A DNA stretch of 64,000 nt from Candidatus Latescibacterota bacterium. GTDB taxonomy: Bacteria; Latescibacterota; UBA2968. Within the stretch, counting starts at the first letter, position 1, and each line of letters starts with the position of its first letter. Under the pieces are notes generated by a model, which did not search any database, was not told the DNA's origin, and saw nothing but the letters and a program-made list of their open reading frames with translations. The stretch spans positions 3,136,001-3,200,000 of the forward strand of contig OZ242320.1 in assembly GCA_965208125.1 (NCBI GenBank), given 5' to 3'. The position numbers were made by a program, and so were the translations under genes. Positions 9,294-18,771 of the stretch are shown in pieces.

Positions 9294-10934
9294 ATGGAGA
9301 AATTCATGACTGGTTACGATGCTATGGCGCGTGTGCTCAAGGCAGAAGGTGTTGAGTTTCTGGTGGCGTTTCCCCATCAGACACTGATCGAAGCGTCGGC
9401 GAAGGTGGGGATTACCCCTATTATTTGTCGTCAGGAGCGCGCGGGTGTCAATATGGCCGATGGTTTTAGTCGCGTGTCCAATGGTAAGAAGTTTGGCATT
9501 TTTACGATGCAGCAAGGTCCTGGTGCAGAAAATGCGTTTGGAGGTGTGGCGCAGGCGTATGCAGATTCGGTGCCCGTGTTGCATTTGCCCGGCGGAGAGG
9601 CGCTGTCGCGTCAGGGCATTCATCCCACGTTTGAAGCGGTGCGGAACTACCGTCATGTTACGAAGTGGGCGGCTCAAATATACGCGGTGGAGGATATTCC
9701 GGTTATGATGCGTCGCGCGGTTGTGCAGTTGAAGAGCGGGCGTTTGGGTCCTGTGTTGTTGGAGATGCACAGGGAGGCTATGGCTGCCGAATATCCCGGT
9801 GAGGAGGTTGCTTATACGCCGGTTCAGGTGCGCCGTTCCGCCGCTGCGTCTGAAGATGTGCGCGATATGATTACAGATCTTCTCGGAGCTTCTCGTCCGG
9901 TTATTATAGCGGGGCAGGGGGTGTTGTATGCCGAGGCGACGGAGGAGTTGATCGAGTTTGCCGAGTTGGCCAGTGTTCCGGTGATGACAACGCTTGCGGG
10001 CAAGAGTGCTTTTCCAGAGACGCATCCGCTGTCGCTGGGTACTGGTGGGCATACATATACGTTGATGGTCAAGCGGTTTTTGGCGTCGATGGATTTTGGA
10101 CTGGGTATTGGTACGAGTTTTACGCGCAATACATTTACCACGCCGATGCCAGAGGGGGTTCCTCTGGGGCAGGTGACGAATTGCGCCGAGGATATGGGCA
10201 AGGATTTCGAGGTTGCTGTGGGTGCGCTGGGGGATGCGAAGCTGGTGTTGCGGCAGATGATTGAGGAGGTTAAGCGACAGGTTGGGGAGAATGGGCGTGA
10301 GAATGATGCTGAGGACCGGGTTGCCGCTGTGACCCGGGAGTTTGCGGCCCTTTGGGAGCCACATTTTACGTCGGATGAGGTTCCGATCAGTCCTTATCGT
10401 GTGATTCGTGAGTTGGAAAATGCGGTTGATGTGGGCAATACGATTATTACCCACGATTCGGGTTATCCGCGGGATCAACTCGTTCCGACGTGGAAACCCG
10501 TGACGCCGCGCGGGTACCTGGGCTGGGGCAAGTCAACGCAGCTCGGATATGGCCTGGGCTTGGCAGTGGGCGCGAAGTTGGCCGCGCCGGAGAAACAGGT
10601 GATCAATTTGATGGGCGATGCCGCATTTGGGATGGCGGGGCTGGATCTGGAGACGGCTGTTCGGGCAGAGATTCCGATTTTTACGGTTGTGCTCAATAAT
10701 GGGGTGATGACGAAGTACGATTCGCATATGCCGTATGCTTCAGATCGCTTTGGGAGCAATGAGTTGAGCGGGAATTACACGCAGGTGAGCGCGGGGTTGG
10801 GCGCACAGGCAGAGCGCGTGGATACGCCCGCTGAACTCGCCCCCGCGATCCACCGCGCACTCGCCGCGAATAGAGAGGGCAAAACCGCTGTGCTGGAGGT
10901 TATGACCAAGGCAGAGCCGAATGTTCCGACGTGA
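9294..10934 (+). CDS. Thiamine-pyrophosphate-requiring enzyme (acetolactate synthase-like family)
   Basis: RQERAGVNMADG, GPGAEN, GDAAFG…VLNN TPP-binding motif. Confidence 0.92.
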   Translation: MEKFMTGYDAMARVLKAEGVEFLVAFPHQTLIEASAKVGITPIICRQERAGVNMADGFSRVSNGKKFGIFTMQQGPGAENAFGGVAQAYADSVPVLHLPGGEALSRQGIHPTFEAVRNYRHVTKWAAQIYAVEDIPVMMRRAVVQLKSGRLGPVLLEMHREAMAAEYPGEEVAYTPVQVRRSAAASEDVRDMITDLLGASRPVIIAGQGVLYAEATEELIEFAELASVPVMTTLAGKSAFPETHPLSLGTGGHTYTLMVKRFLASMDFGLGIGTSFTRNTFTTPMPEGVPLGQVTNCAEDMGKDFEVAVGALGDAKLVLRQMIEEVKRQVGENGRENDAEDRVAAVTREFAALWEPHFTSDEVPISPYRVIRELENAVDVGNTIITHDSGYPRDQLVPTWKPVTPRGYLGWGKSTQLGYGLGLAVGAKLAAPEKQVINLMGDAAFGMAGLDLETAVRAEIPIFTVVLNNGVMTKYDSHMPYASDRFGSNELSGNYTQVSAGLGAQAERVDTPAELAPAIHRALAANREGKTAVLEVMTKAEPNVPT

Positions 10935-10990
10935 TGTAATGTGAGCAGGTAGTATTTCAAATTTTATAAGATAATAATAGGTGGTTCGGC

Positions 10991-11617
10991 ATGGACAGTG
11001 TTTTCATTTATTGGGATAACTCCAATATCTTCCATGAGGCACAACGGTTGGCACAGGAACGACGCGAAGGCCCCAATGCCCGTTATCGCGTGCGTATCAA
11101 CGTTGACAATATACTGCGCCTGGCGCATGCCGACCGTCCTTTGAAGAAGGCACTTGCCGCTGGCTCTGTGCCGCCGGAGATGCGCCAGTTGTGGAATCGG
11201 ATGGAGAGCAAGGGGGTGGAAGTTCATCTATTTGATCGCGGCGACTCTGCGCGTGGCGAACAGGAAATGCCCGATCGGGTATTGCAGTTGCGGATGCTGG
11301 AAGATGCGCTGGATTACAACGGCAATCCGGGTATTGTGGTGTTGTTGACGGGCGATGGGGCAGGTTATCTGGAAGGCGCGGGTTTTCACAGTACATTGGA
11401 GCGCATGCACAAGCGCGGCTGGCGGGTGGAGATCCTTTCCTGGAAGCATTCCTGCAACCAGCGGATGCGAAGGTGGGCGCAGAAAAACGGCGTATTTGTC
11501 GCGCTAGACGACTTTTATGAGGCCATTACCTTCATGGAGCCGTCCAGGCCAGGGGCTGAGCTTGCGATCCCACGCGATTCTGCGGAATTGGATTTGTCGA
11601 AAAGGCCGATGGCTTGA
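10991..11617 (+). CDS. NYN (LabA/PIN-like) domain putative RNase
   Basis: IYWDNSNI, EQEMPD, LLTGDG…F, RGWRVEILSW acidic PIN-like motifs. Confidence 0.85.
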   Translation: MDSVFIYWDNSNIFHEAQRLAQERREGPNARYRVRINVDNILRLAHADRPLKKALAAGSVPPEMRQLWNRMESKGVEVHLFDRGDSARGEQEMPDRVLQLRMLEDALDYNGNPGIVVLLTGDGAGYLEGAGFHSTLERMHKRGWRVEILSWKHSCNQRMRRWAQKNGVFVALDDFYEAITFMEPSRPGAELAIPRDSAELDLSKRPMA

Positions 11618-11640
11618 TTGGGAAATCTATTCACTCTTCA

Positions 11641-12525
11641 CTATGGAACGAACTCTTGGCCGATCTTCCACACTCCTTTCTCACGGAAAGCGGGAATAGT
11701 CTGGCGGCGGGCGGCGTTGGTGACAGCGGGTGCCGAAAGTCCATTCTGTCTGATATAATCCGATAGCTTGATGATTGCCTCTCCCTTCAAATAGCTCAGG
11801 CGCTTGTGTAGCGACTCTGTGAGAGCCAGTGATAGAATTCCCTCCATCGTCCTGGTCGTTCTGTTATCTTCGTAGTCTCTGAATGCCCGATAGTACGTTT
11901 CTTTCTCCGAGTTGCGGATGATAAGGCGCGGCAGACCGAGTTGCAGGAGTTGAAAGTTGATAATGACCCGCCCTATGCGGCCATTGCCGTCGCAAAAGGG
12001 ATGGATGGTCTCGAAATCCAGATGAAATCGGGCAATTTTATCCAGAAAGTAGGTGTCGAGGTCACTGGAATACTCAACGAGGATATTATCTATCATTCGT
12101 TCCACATGCTCGGGTGCCGGCGCTATATGAGTGCCTACCCGCACGTATTCTCCCTGCTGGCGAAAGCGACCTGCAATATCATCGTTAATGCCGCCAATAA
12201 GCATCTGATGTAAGAGTAGCATCAGGTCTTTGTTCAGTTCGCTATCTTTCGCTCTGTTGCGCTTATATTCTGTGACACGAGCCAGATTTTTCGCTTCAAA
12301 GACTTCCCGCACAGATACATTCCGAGATAACATCTGCTCCAACAGGATTTTCTCTGTCTCATTGAGGGTGAGGGTGGAATTTTCAATGGCGTTCGAGTTG
12401 TACACGCTCTCGGGTACCTCTACTTCGTCAATCATCGACAGTAGCGATTCTTTACCCTGACGCAAGGTATCGTACTCTCGTTTCAGAGTCTGGATGCGGT
12501 TTTTTGTCGGTTGTGTGCTTGCCAT
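11641..12525 (-). CDS. Fic family AMPylase (class II) with C-terminal HTH-like tail
   Basis: Canonical HPFCDGNGRIGR; inhibitory SNAIEN motif; tail LSDYIRQNGLSAPAVTNAARRQTIPAFREKGVWKI. Confidence 0.92.
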   Translation of the reverse strand: MASTQPTKNRIQTLKREYDTLRQGKESLLSMIDEVEVPESVYNSNAIENSTLTLNETEKILLEQMLSRNVSVREVFEAKNLARVTEYKRNRAKDSELNKDLMLLLHQMLIGGINDDIAGRFRQQGEYVRVGTHIAPAPEHVERMIDNILVEYSSDLDTYFLDKIARFHLDFETIHPFCDGNGRIGRVIINFQLLQLGLPRLIIRNSEKETYYRAFRDYEDNRTTRTMEGILSLALTESLHKRLSYLKGEAIIKLSDYIRQNGLSAPAVTNAARRQTIPAFREKGVWKIGQEFVP

Positions 12526-12531
12526 ATTATT

Positions 12532-12560
12532 AGAATACCTTATTCACGATAAATTGTCAA
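12532..12560 (-). promoter_or_regulatory. sigma70-type promoter of fic, probably leaderless
   Basis: TTGACA(12560-55)-17 nt-TATTCT(12537-32), 6 nt before the ATG at 12525, no SD. Confidence 0.7.
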
Positions 12561-12705
12561 ATATTAGTGAATAGAGAGGTGAAAATGGATGTCATTCATG
12601 ATAAATTTCCAAATTTCAGTGAATAGACGGGCAAAAATGGGTTCTATTCATGGTAAATTGTCAAATATTAGTGAATAGAGAGGTGAAAATGGGTGTCATT
12701 CATGG
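12541..12705. repeat. Tandem array of ~3.2 x 52-bp units, each containing (T/C)ATTCA(C/T)-N19-GTGAATA
   Basis: Units start at 12541, 12593, 12645 and 12697 (partial); units 1 and 3 nearly identical. Confidence 0.9.
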
Positions 12706-12760
12706 TTTTTTCAGGTCAAGTAGCGAAAATTTCGTATCTGCAAGCGTTTCAACATCGCTT

Positions 12761-13540
12761 TCACTCCTCGCTTGGCGCGCCAGCCACTTGTAATGAAGTG
12801 CCGAGTATTTGATTGTGTTTTATATCGGGATATTCCTGCCATTGTCTTCCATCCAGCGTATTGCCGCCAGCCTTGGGCGTGCGCTCACCCCATTGTTTGA
12901 AGAAGAAAGCGACATTTTGCGACTGACATTGATCGCGCAATTCACGTAGCCACTCTACTTTGACCGGACGCGCCCCTGGTCCGCTCTCGCCTCCTGCGAT
13001 TACCCAATGAATATCTGTAAGATCCACTGTACCAAGCGCGTAGAGTAACGGCTCGAATGAAACAAAGCGCGTTGAGGCATTGGTCTGTTTCAAGTGCCGC
13101 AGGCGCGTCATGGCTGCGGCATCTTCGATAGAGACACCGAGCCAGATATGTGGCGGAGCGGACAGGCTCCCATAGCGTTGATAGACAAAATCGCGCATCA
13201 GCGAACTGCGCTTGGTCAGCACTTGATAGATGTGCCAATCCGCCTGTTCCATCGTATCAAATACACGATGGATGTACTGAGTTGGTATGTCCTTATGGAA
13301 CAGATCGCTCATCGAATTAACAAAGATGAGTTGCGGACGTCGCCAGTGCCTGGGTTGCTCAAGGCGTTCGGGACGAAGTGTGAGGTCAAAACCCGTTTCA
13401 AAAGGGTTTCCCTTAACGCCGCGGAAACGCTCCGATAATCGCTCGGCATAGCAATGGTCGCAACCCGCACTTACTTTTGTGCAGCCAGTGACCGGATTCC
13501 ATGTGCCGTTGGTCCACTCAATAGTGCTTTTGCGCGACAT
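12761..13540 (-). CDS. DUF5131 (phage Gp37/Gp68) family three-Cys-motif protein
   Basis: STIEWT…WNPVTGCTKVSAGCDHCYAE, FVNSMSDLFH, LTKR, WVIAGGESG, FFKQWG. Confidence 0.92.
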   Translation of the reverse strand: MSRKSTIEWTNGTWNPVTGCTKVSAGCDHCYAERLSERFRGVKGNPFETGFDLTLRPERLEQPRHWRRPQLIFVNSMSDLFHKDIPTQYIHRVFDTMEQADWHIYQVLTKRSSLMRDFVYQRYGSLSAPPHIWLGVSIEDAAAMTRLRHLKQTNASTRFVSFEPLLYALGTVDLTDIHWVIAGGESGPGARPVKVEWLRELRDQCQSQNVAFFFKQWGERTPKAGGNTLDGRQWQEYPDIKHNQILGTSLQVAGAPSEE

Positions 13541-13580
13541 ACAATTCTCCTGTGTGCCACTTGAAATAGACAAAAACTAC

Positions 13581-13617
13581 TGCACATAAGTATAGTTTGA
13601 TCTTGCACAAAGATCAA
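13581..13617 (-). promoter_or_regulatory. Promoter of DUF5131 gene with overlapping palindrome and degenerate LexA-like box
   Basis: TTGATC-17-TATACT; inverted repeat TTGATCTT-N5-AAGATCAA (13597-13617); TGCAC-ATAA-GTATA (13581-13594). Confidence 0.5.
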
Positions 13618-13845
13618 GTATGGAGTATTTTCTTTTAGAAGGGAATGAGTTATATTCGGCTTATGATCCTCAGCATTCCGTCACAATTGTCTCAATCGTT
13701 CCTGCTTACACGAGACTTGTAGGCAAGGATTTGGTCTATCTCTTTCTTAGGGGTAGCGGTCTCCTATCCGTTTGATTTTGCCAGTACTGCACCATATCAT
13801 TAGTCCGTGCGAGCGATAGGGGTGAATTATCCATAGGCTGAAAAA

Positions 13846-14232
13846 ATGAGTGCTCTTGATAAGTTCCACAATAAGGCTATGGAAGTGGCGTTTTTCGCTG
13901 ATCAAGAACGGCGACGAGGGAATGAGAAACAGGCGGCAGAGTTGTTTGAGCAAGCACTGGACCTGGAGCTTAAGGCCCTTGATGAGATAACCGAGCCTGT
14001 TGAGCCGAGGTATTCAGTACTGCATCGCAGTGCTGGTTGGCTGGCTTTGGACTGCAATAAACCACGCCTGGCAGAGCAATTGGCCTGCAAAGCTCTCACA
14101 GGCGACCCTCATCCAAAAATCGCTCAGGAACTGCGTGACCTGCTGGCGGAAATCTACGCACGGATGCGCGATAAACCCAAGGGTGCCGCAAAGTCGAAGC
14201 CGTTTGGTTATACTGGCATCTTTGTTAGGTAG
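13846..14232 (+). CDS. Small all-helical (TPR-like) hypothetical protein
   Basis: 128-aa ORF with amphipathic helices (…EPRYSVLHRSAGWLALDC…ELRDLL); first gene co-oriented with dcm. Confidence 0.7.
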   Translation: MSALDKFHNKAMEVAFFADQERRRGNEKQAAELFEQALDLELKALDEITEPVEPRYSVLHRSAGWLALDCNKPRLAEQLACKALTGDPHPKIAQELRDLLAEIYARMRDKPKGAAKSKPFGYTGIFVR

Positions 14233-14300
14233 GATTAATATGCCGAAACCCGGCACCCAAAAGTCTAAAACGGTTAGGCAAGCAATATGGAAATCACAGC

Positions 14301-15563
14301 ATGAATAAGGGTCTAAAATTTCTGGATCTTTTCGCAGGTGCTGGAGGGCTGTCTGAGGGATTTATACAAGCGGGATTTGAGCCTGTCGCACACATTGAAT
14401 CAGATAAAGCGGCATGTTTCACTCTACGCACACGGATGGCATACCATTGGTTGAAGGATCGTGACCGGATAGAACTGTATGCAGATTATCTGAATGGAAC
14501 ACTGAGCCGTCCAGATTTCTATGAACAAGTTCCCGAACAGATTATCGAATCAGTCATCGATGCCGAGATAGGTGACAAAAAACTGCCGGATATTTTTCGG
14601 CGGGTTGACGCTCTACTGGATAATTGTAGGCTTGATTTGATTGTCGGTGGGCCTCCTTGCCAAGCCTATTCCCTAATAGGTCGTTCTCGTGACTTGAATA
14701 GTATGAAGGGAGATAAGCGTAACTATCTGTATAACTATTACGCCGAATTTTTGAAGAGGTACAAACCATTATACTTTGTCTTCGAAAATGTCACCGGTCT
14801 TCTATCTGCAAGAAATGAGGATGGCAGCCGCTATTTTGACGCCATGCTAAGCCTTTTTCGTGAATGTGACTATAAAACCGATTTTCTGAATCTGTCAGCG
14901 GAGAATTATGGTGTCCTACAGAGACGAAAAAGAATAATTCTTGTCGGAAGAAGAGGTAAAGAGACTGATTTTTATCTAGAGCCAGACGAGTGGAATCCTG
15001 ATACCTGTGTCAGAGAAATATTCTGCGACCTTCCTACCATTGCCGCAGGTGAAGGTGTCCCGGGGCCATGTAATGTCAGACCATATTATGGAACATATCA
15101 GTATGAGGCAGGCATAAGAAATGACGATCTTCCGGTCACTTGGCACCAAGCGAGACCTAATACGGAACAAGACCTCGAAATTTACCGGATCGCTGTTGAT
15201 CAATGGAATAAAAAAAAGACTCGTCTGAATTACAATATGCTTCCGGATCGCCTGAAAACACATAGACATCGAAACTCGTTTCTGGATAGGTTCAAAGTCG
15301 TCGCTGGGGATCTGCCATTTTCTCATACTGTAGTTGCCCATATCGCCAAGGACGGTCACTATTATATTCATCCGGACATTAATCAGAATCGATCAATCAC
15401 ACCCAGAGAGGCTGCGCGATTGCAGACATTCCCAGATGATTATTATTTTGAGAGCGTCAGAGATGTTCCCGGACGCACGCCTGCTTTCAGTCAGATCGGC
15501 AATGCAGTGCCTGTGCTTCTGGCACGGAAAATAGCTGATAAATTGCAGGAGGTCTGGTTATGA
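14301..15563 (+). CDS. dcm: DNA (cytosine-5)-methyltransferase
   Basis: DLFAGAGG, GGPPCQ, FENV, QRRKR, RSITPREAARLQTFPD, QIGNAVP. Confidence 0.95.
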   Translation: MNKGLKFLDLFAGAGGLSEGFIQAGFEPVAHIESDKAACFTLRTRMAYHWLKDRDRIELYADYLNGTLSRPDFYEQVPEQIIESVIDAEIGDKKLPDIFRRVDALLDNCRLDLIVGGPPCQAYSLIGRSRDLNSMKGDKRNYLYNYYAEFLKRYKPLYFVFENVTGLLSARNEDGSRYFDAMLSLFRECDYKTDFLNLSAENYGVLQRRKRIILVGRRGKETDFYLEPDEWNPDTCVREIFCDLPTIAAGEGVPGPCNVRPYYGTYQYEAGIRNDDLPVTWHQARPNTEQDLEIYRIAVDQWNKKKTRLNYNMLPDRLKTHRHRNSFLDRFKVVAGDLPFSHTVVAHIAKDGHYYIHPDINQNRSITPREAARLQTFPDDYYFESVRDVPGRTPAFSQIGNAVPVLLARKIADKLQEVWL

Positions 15564-17713
15564 GCACAAGCGGAACATACAGAATAAGACCGGCTGGTCG
15601 GCATATCCTGACCATTGGCCGTGATCTGATTCAGGATGTCTATGCGGCGGTCGTAGAACTGGTGAAGAACGCTTATGACGCCGATTCTCCTGATGTAAAT
15701 ATCAAATTTATGGCCAACCCTGACCACAGCGGATATTCCATCATTATCTCAGACCATGGTCACGGGATGTCTAGGGATACTGTCATTAACAAGTGGATGG
15801 TGCCGTCAACCCGAGACAAACTTGATCGGCGCACGAGTCCTTCCGGAAGGGTTATGCAGGGACGTAAAGGGGTAGGGCGCTACGCCGCATCCATCCTCGG
15901 TACAGACTTGTTTCTCGAAACAGTGACTGCTGAAGGCGAAAAAACAACGGTCTATGTCGAGTGGGGGAACTTCGAGGATGCCGAATATCTGGATGATGTG
16001 GAGATCCTCATTGAAACTACTGAGGTATCCGAATCGCCGGGTACACAACTGACTATGGCTGGGGATATTGAGCTTCTTGCTGACTGGGACAAGAAACAGT
16101 TCGAAAAACTTCGTTTTGAGCTGAAAAAACTGAAATCGCCTGTAAGTGCTACTCTTAGCGATGATGACTTTTGTATAATTCTGAAGGTTGAAGGCTTTCC
16201 TGATGTAGAGGATATTAGTGAAACTATCGAGTCATTTCCGATCTTCGATCTCTTTGACTATAAGATAGCTGGCAAAATTGGTGCTGACGGCAATGGCACC
16301 CTGACTTATTCATCACAGAAGGCTCGTAACACCGCCGACGAGAATATTCCTTTCGATACTGGCGGGCCTACCGGATGCGGTGAGCTTGATATTGATGTAC
16401 GAGTGTATGACCGAGACAAAGATGCTATTGATTCTTTGATAGGCCGCGGTCTCAAGGATGAATCCGGCAACTATGTCGGAAAACTTCAAGCAAGGCAACT
16501 TCTTAACGCCTCCAACGGCATAGGTGTTTATCGGAACGGATTTCGTATCCGGCCGATGGGCGATCCAGACTTTGATTGGTTGAAACTGAACGAGCAGCGC
16601 GTCCAAAACCCATCACTCAGAATCGGCAGCAACCAAGCAATCGGATACGTGCAAATTCAGTCAGATGAGCAATCCGGTCTGATTGAAAAAAGTGCGCGCG
16701 ATGGACTCAGAGAAAATTCGGCCTTTGGTCATCTCAAAGAAATCACTACAAAGGTCATCGCTGAACTCGAAACGCGACGGTTCGATTACAGAATGAAGGC
16801 AGGTCTGAGCAGGCCTGTTATCAAAGTCGAACGTGAGTTAGAACGCCTTTTTTTGTTTGATGAACTAAAACGGGATGTCTTGGAAAGACTTACCAAATCC
16901 GGAGTTGACCAAAGCATCTCTGATAAAATTATTGATATCATCAGTCGGGAAGAGGAAGAAAAAAATAAAATTGCCGCTGAAATCCGCCAAGCTGTTGCTA
17001 TTTATCAGGGACAGGCCACCTTGGGGAAAATCATTAACGTGATCCTTCATGAAGGCAGACGGCCACTCAATTATTTCCGAAACCAGATACCAAACCTCCG
17101 ATACTGGTACAAATCATTTCGGAAAACTGAGAATTTAAAAAATCTTGAGAAATCTCTGTCAATTGTTGAGGGCATAGGCATGAATGCAGAGTTTTTCGTC
17201 AATCTCTTCAACAAACTTGATCCTCTGGCAGCGGGGAAGCGCTCTAAAAAAGAGCCGCTTGCGCTGAAGAAAGAGATAGAAAACGTGCTTGCTGTCTTTG
17301 AACAAGAAATGAAGTCTCAGAAGGTAATCGCTGAAGTTACAGGATCCGACGACTTTAGATTTTCCTCTTGGCGTCAAGATATCAGTGCGATTTTCACAAA
17401 TCTTGTGGACAACAGTCTGTACTGGATGAACGAAAAGAATACGCCCAAGCGAAAAATCATTATTGAACTCGCAACGAACAAGAATTCTCTTCTTCAGATT
17501 GATTATCATGACACCGGGCCAGGTATTGAACCTGACCACATTGCAAGTGAAGTGATTTTTGAACCTGAGTTTACCACCAAACCATCTGGTACGGGTCTGG
17601 GGCTGGCAATTGCAGGTGAGGCTGCCGCACGTAACGATCTTGAATTGAAAGCTTTTGAGTCTCAAGAAGGAGCTTGGTTCAGGTTACAACCTAAAACGGA
17701 GGATGAGGAATGA
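15560..17713 (+). CDS. MORC-type GHKL ATPase fused to a histidine kinase
   Basis: N-terminal ELVKNAYDAD, DHGHGM, GRKGVGR; C-terminal ILHEGRRP (H box), NLVDNS, DTGPGI, FTTKPSGTGLGL; ATGA overlaps on both sides. Confidence 0.9.
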   Translation: MSTSGTYRIRPAGRHILTIGRDLIQDVYAAVVELVKNAYDADSPDVNIKFMANPDHSGYSIIISDHGHGMSRDTVINKWMVPSTRDKLDRRTSPSGRVMQGRKGVGRYAASILGTDLFLETVTAEGEKTTVYVEWGNFEDAEYLDDVEILIETTEVSESPGTQLTMAGDIELLADWDKKQFEKLRFELKKLKSPVSATLSDDDFCIILKVEGFPDVEDISETIESFPIFDLFDYKIAGKIGADGNGTLTYSSQKARNTADENIPFDTGGPTGCGELDIDVRVYDRDKDAIDSLIGRGLKDESGNYVGKLQARQLLNASNGIGVYRNGFRIRPMGDPDFDWLKLNEQRVQNPSLRIGSNQAIGYVQIQSDEQSGLIEKSARDGLRENSAFGHLKEITTKVIAELETRRFDYRMKAGLSRPVIKVERELERLFLFDELKRDVLERLTKSGVDQSISDKIIDIISREEEEKNKIAAEIRQAVAIYQGQATLGKIINVILHEGRRPLNYFRNQIPNLRYWYKSFRKTENLKNLEKSLSIVEGIGMNAEFFVNLFNKLDPLAAGKRSKKEPLALKKEIENVLAVFEQEMKSQKVIAEVTGSDDFRFSSWRQDISAIFTNLVDNSLYWMNEKNTPKRKIIIELATNKNSLLQIDYHDTGPGIEPDHIASEVIFEPEFTTKPSGTGLGLAIAGEAAARNDLELKAFESQEGAWFRLQPKTEDEE

Positions 17714-18771
17714 GTGTGTTGCGACTGCTTATAGTTGAGGATGATGAACAGGATCTATCTACCTGTAGAGATACTGTCGAAAGATACGAAAATGAAAAGC
17801 AGCGCAAAGTCGAACTCGTCGAATGCAAGGATGTCAGTGCGGCTTTCGAGTGCCTTGACAATTCCTTCGACGGTGCGATTATTGACCTGAAGCTCGGGGA
17901 TCAGGGTGATGAAGGCAATCAGGTTATACGTAAAATCGAAGATTCACAGTTCCGGATTCCAGTCTTTATTTTATCTGGAACCCCTGTCAACACGGATTTT
18001 GCACATATAAAAGTTTTCAAAAAAGGGGACATTGGAGCAGGATACGATGATTTGTTGGACAGATTTTGGAATATCTATAACACAGGACTGACCCGCATCA
18101 TGGGCGGCAGGGGCATCATCGAACAAACATTGAGCCAAGTATTTTTGGGAAATCTCCTCCCACAGATAGATAAATGGATACATTATGGTGAGGACGATTC
18201 TTCCAGAACTGAAAAGGCTCTTCTTCGGCACACGCTGAATCATCTGCTCCAGCTTCTTGAAGATGACGCAGACAGTTGTTTTCCCGAAGAAGTCTATCTG
18301 CATCCTCCGCTTAATGACGACATCCGGACTGGTAGCCTTGTTAAAGAAAAGGAAAGTGGGAAGTGGTTTGCTGTCATGAGTCCAGCCTGCGACCTTGTCG
18401 TGAGGGAAGATGGCAGCCGTAATACTGACAGGATTCTTATTGTCGAAGTTGATCTTGGAACGACGTTATTTCCATGGTTTAATGATACAGATCTGAGTAA
18501 CACCAAAAAGGGAGAGTTGAAACGAGCGTTCGGGAATAACAAATCAGCCTATCATCACTGGCTTCCTAAGACGGATTTCTTTGAAGGAGGTTTCCTCAAT
18601 TTCAGAAAACTCTTCACGTTGGAAATTGAGCAATTCCAAGAAAAATTCCACACCCCTCCTGAAATACAAATCTCGCTATCTTTTGTGAAGGATATTGTGG
18701 CGCGTTTTTCATCATACTACGCTCGTCAGGGGCAGCCAGATATCGATTTTGACAGATTTATCAACTCTTGA
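17710..18771 (+). CDS. Response-regulator receiver domain + unknown C-terminal domain
   Basis: LIVEDD, AIIDLKL (phospho-Asp), LSG, FKK; C-terminal IRTGSL…SPACDL…YYARQGQPD with no HTH. Confidence 0.85.
   Translation: MSVLRLLIVEDDEQDLSTCRDTVERYENEKQRKVELVECKDVSAAFECLDNSFDGAIIDLKLGDQGDEGNQVIRKIEDSQFRIPVFILSGTPVNTDFAHIKVFKKGDIGAGYDDLLDRFWNIYNTGLTRIMGGRGIIEQTLSQVFLGNLLPQIDKWIHYGEDDSSRTEKALLRHTLNHLLQLLEDDADSCFPEEVYLHPPLNDDIRTGSLVKEKESGKWFAVMSPACDLVVREDGSRNTDRILIVEVDLGTTLFPWFNDTDLSNTKKGELKRAFGNNKSAYHHWLPKTDFFEGGFLNFRKLFTLEIEQFQEKFHTPPEIQISLSFVKDIVARFSSYYARQGQPDIDFDRFINS

Noticed and set aside
9279-10478. 399-aa antisense ORF and many other overlapping ORFs in the track
   Set aside because: Shadow frames of well-supported genes with no recognisable motifs
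12541-12705. CRISPR array
   Set aside because: Inter-dyad segments are homologous to each other rather than unique spacers, and there are no cas genes; it is a tandem repeat
12761-13540. Prophage (Gp37/Gp68 annotation)
   Set aside because: No structural, terminase or integrase genes nearby
13620-13845. Small ORFs or a degraded tcmP/REase gene
   Set aside because: No recognisable motifs in the frames I translated
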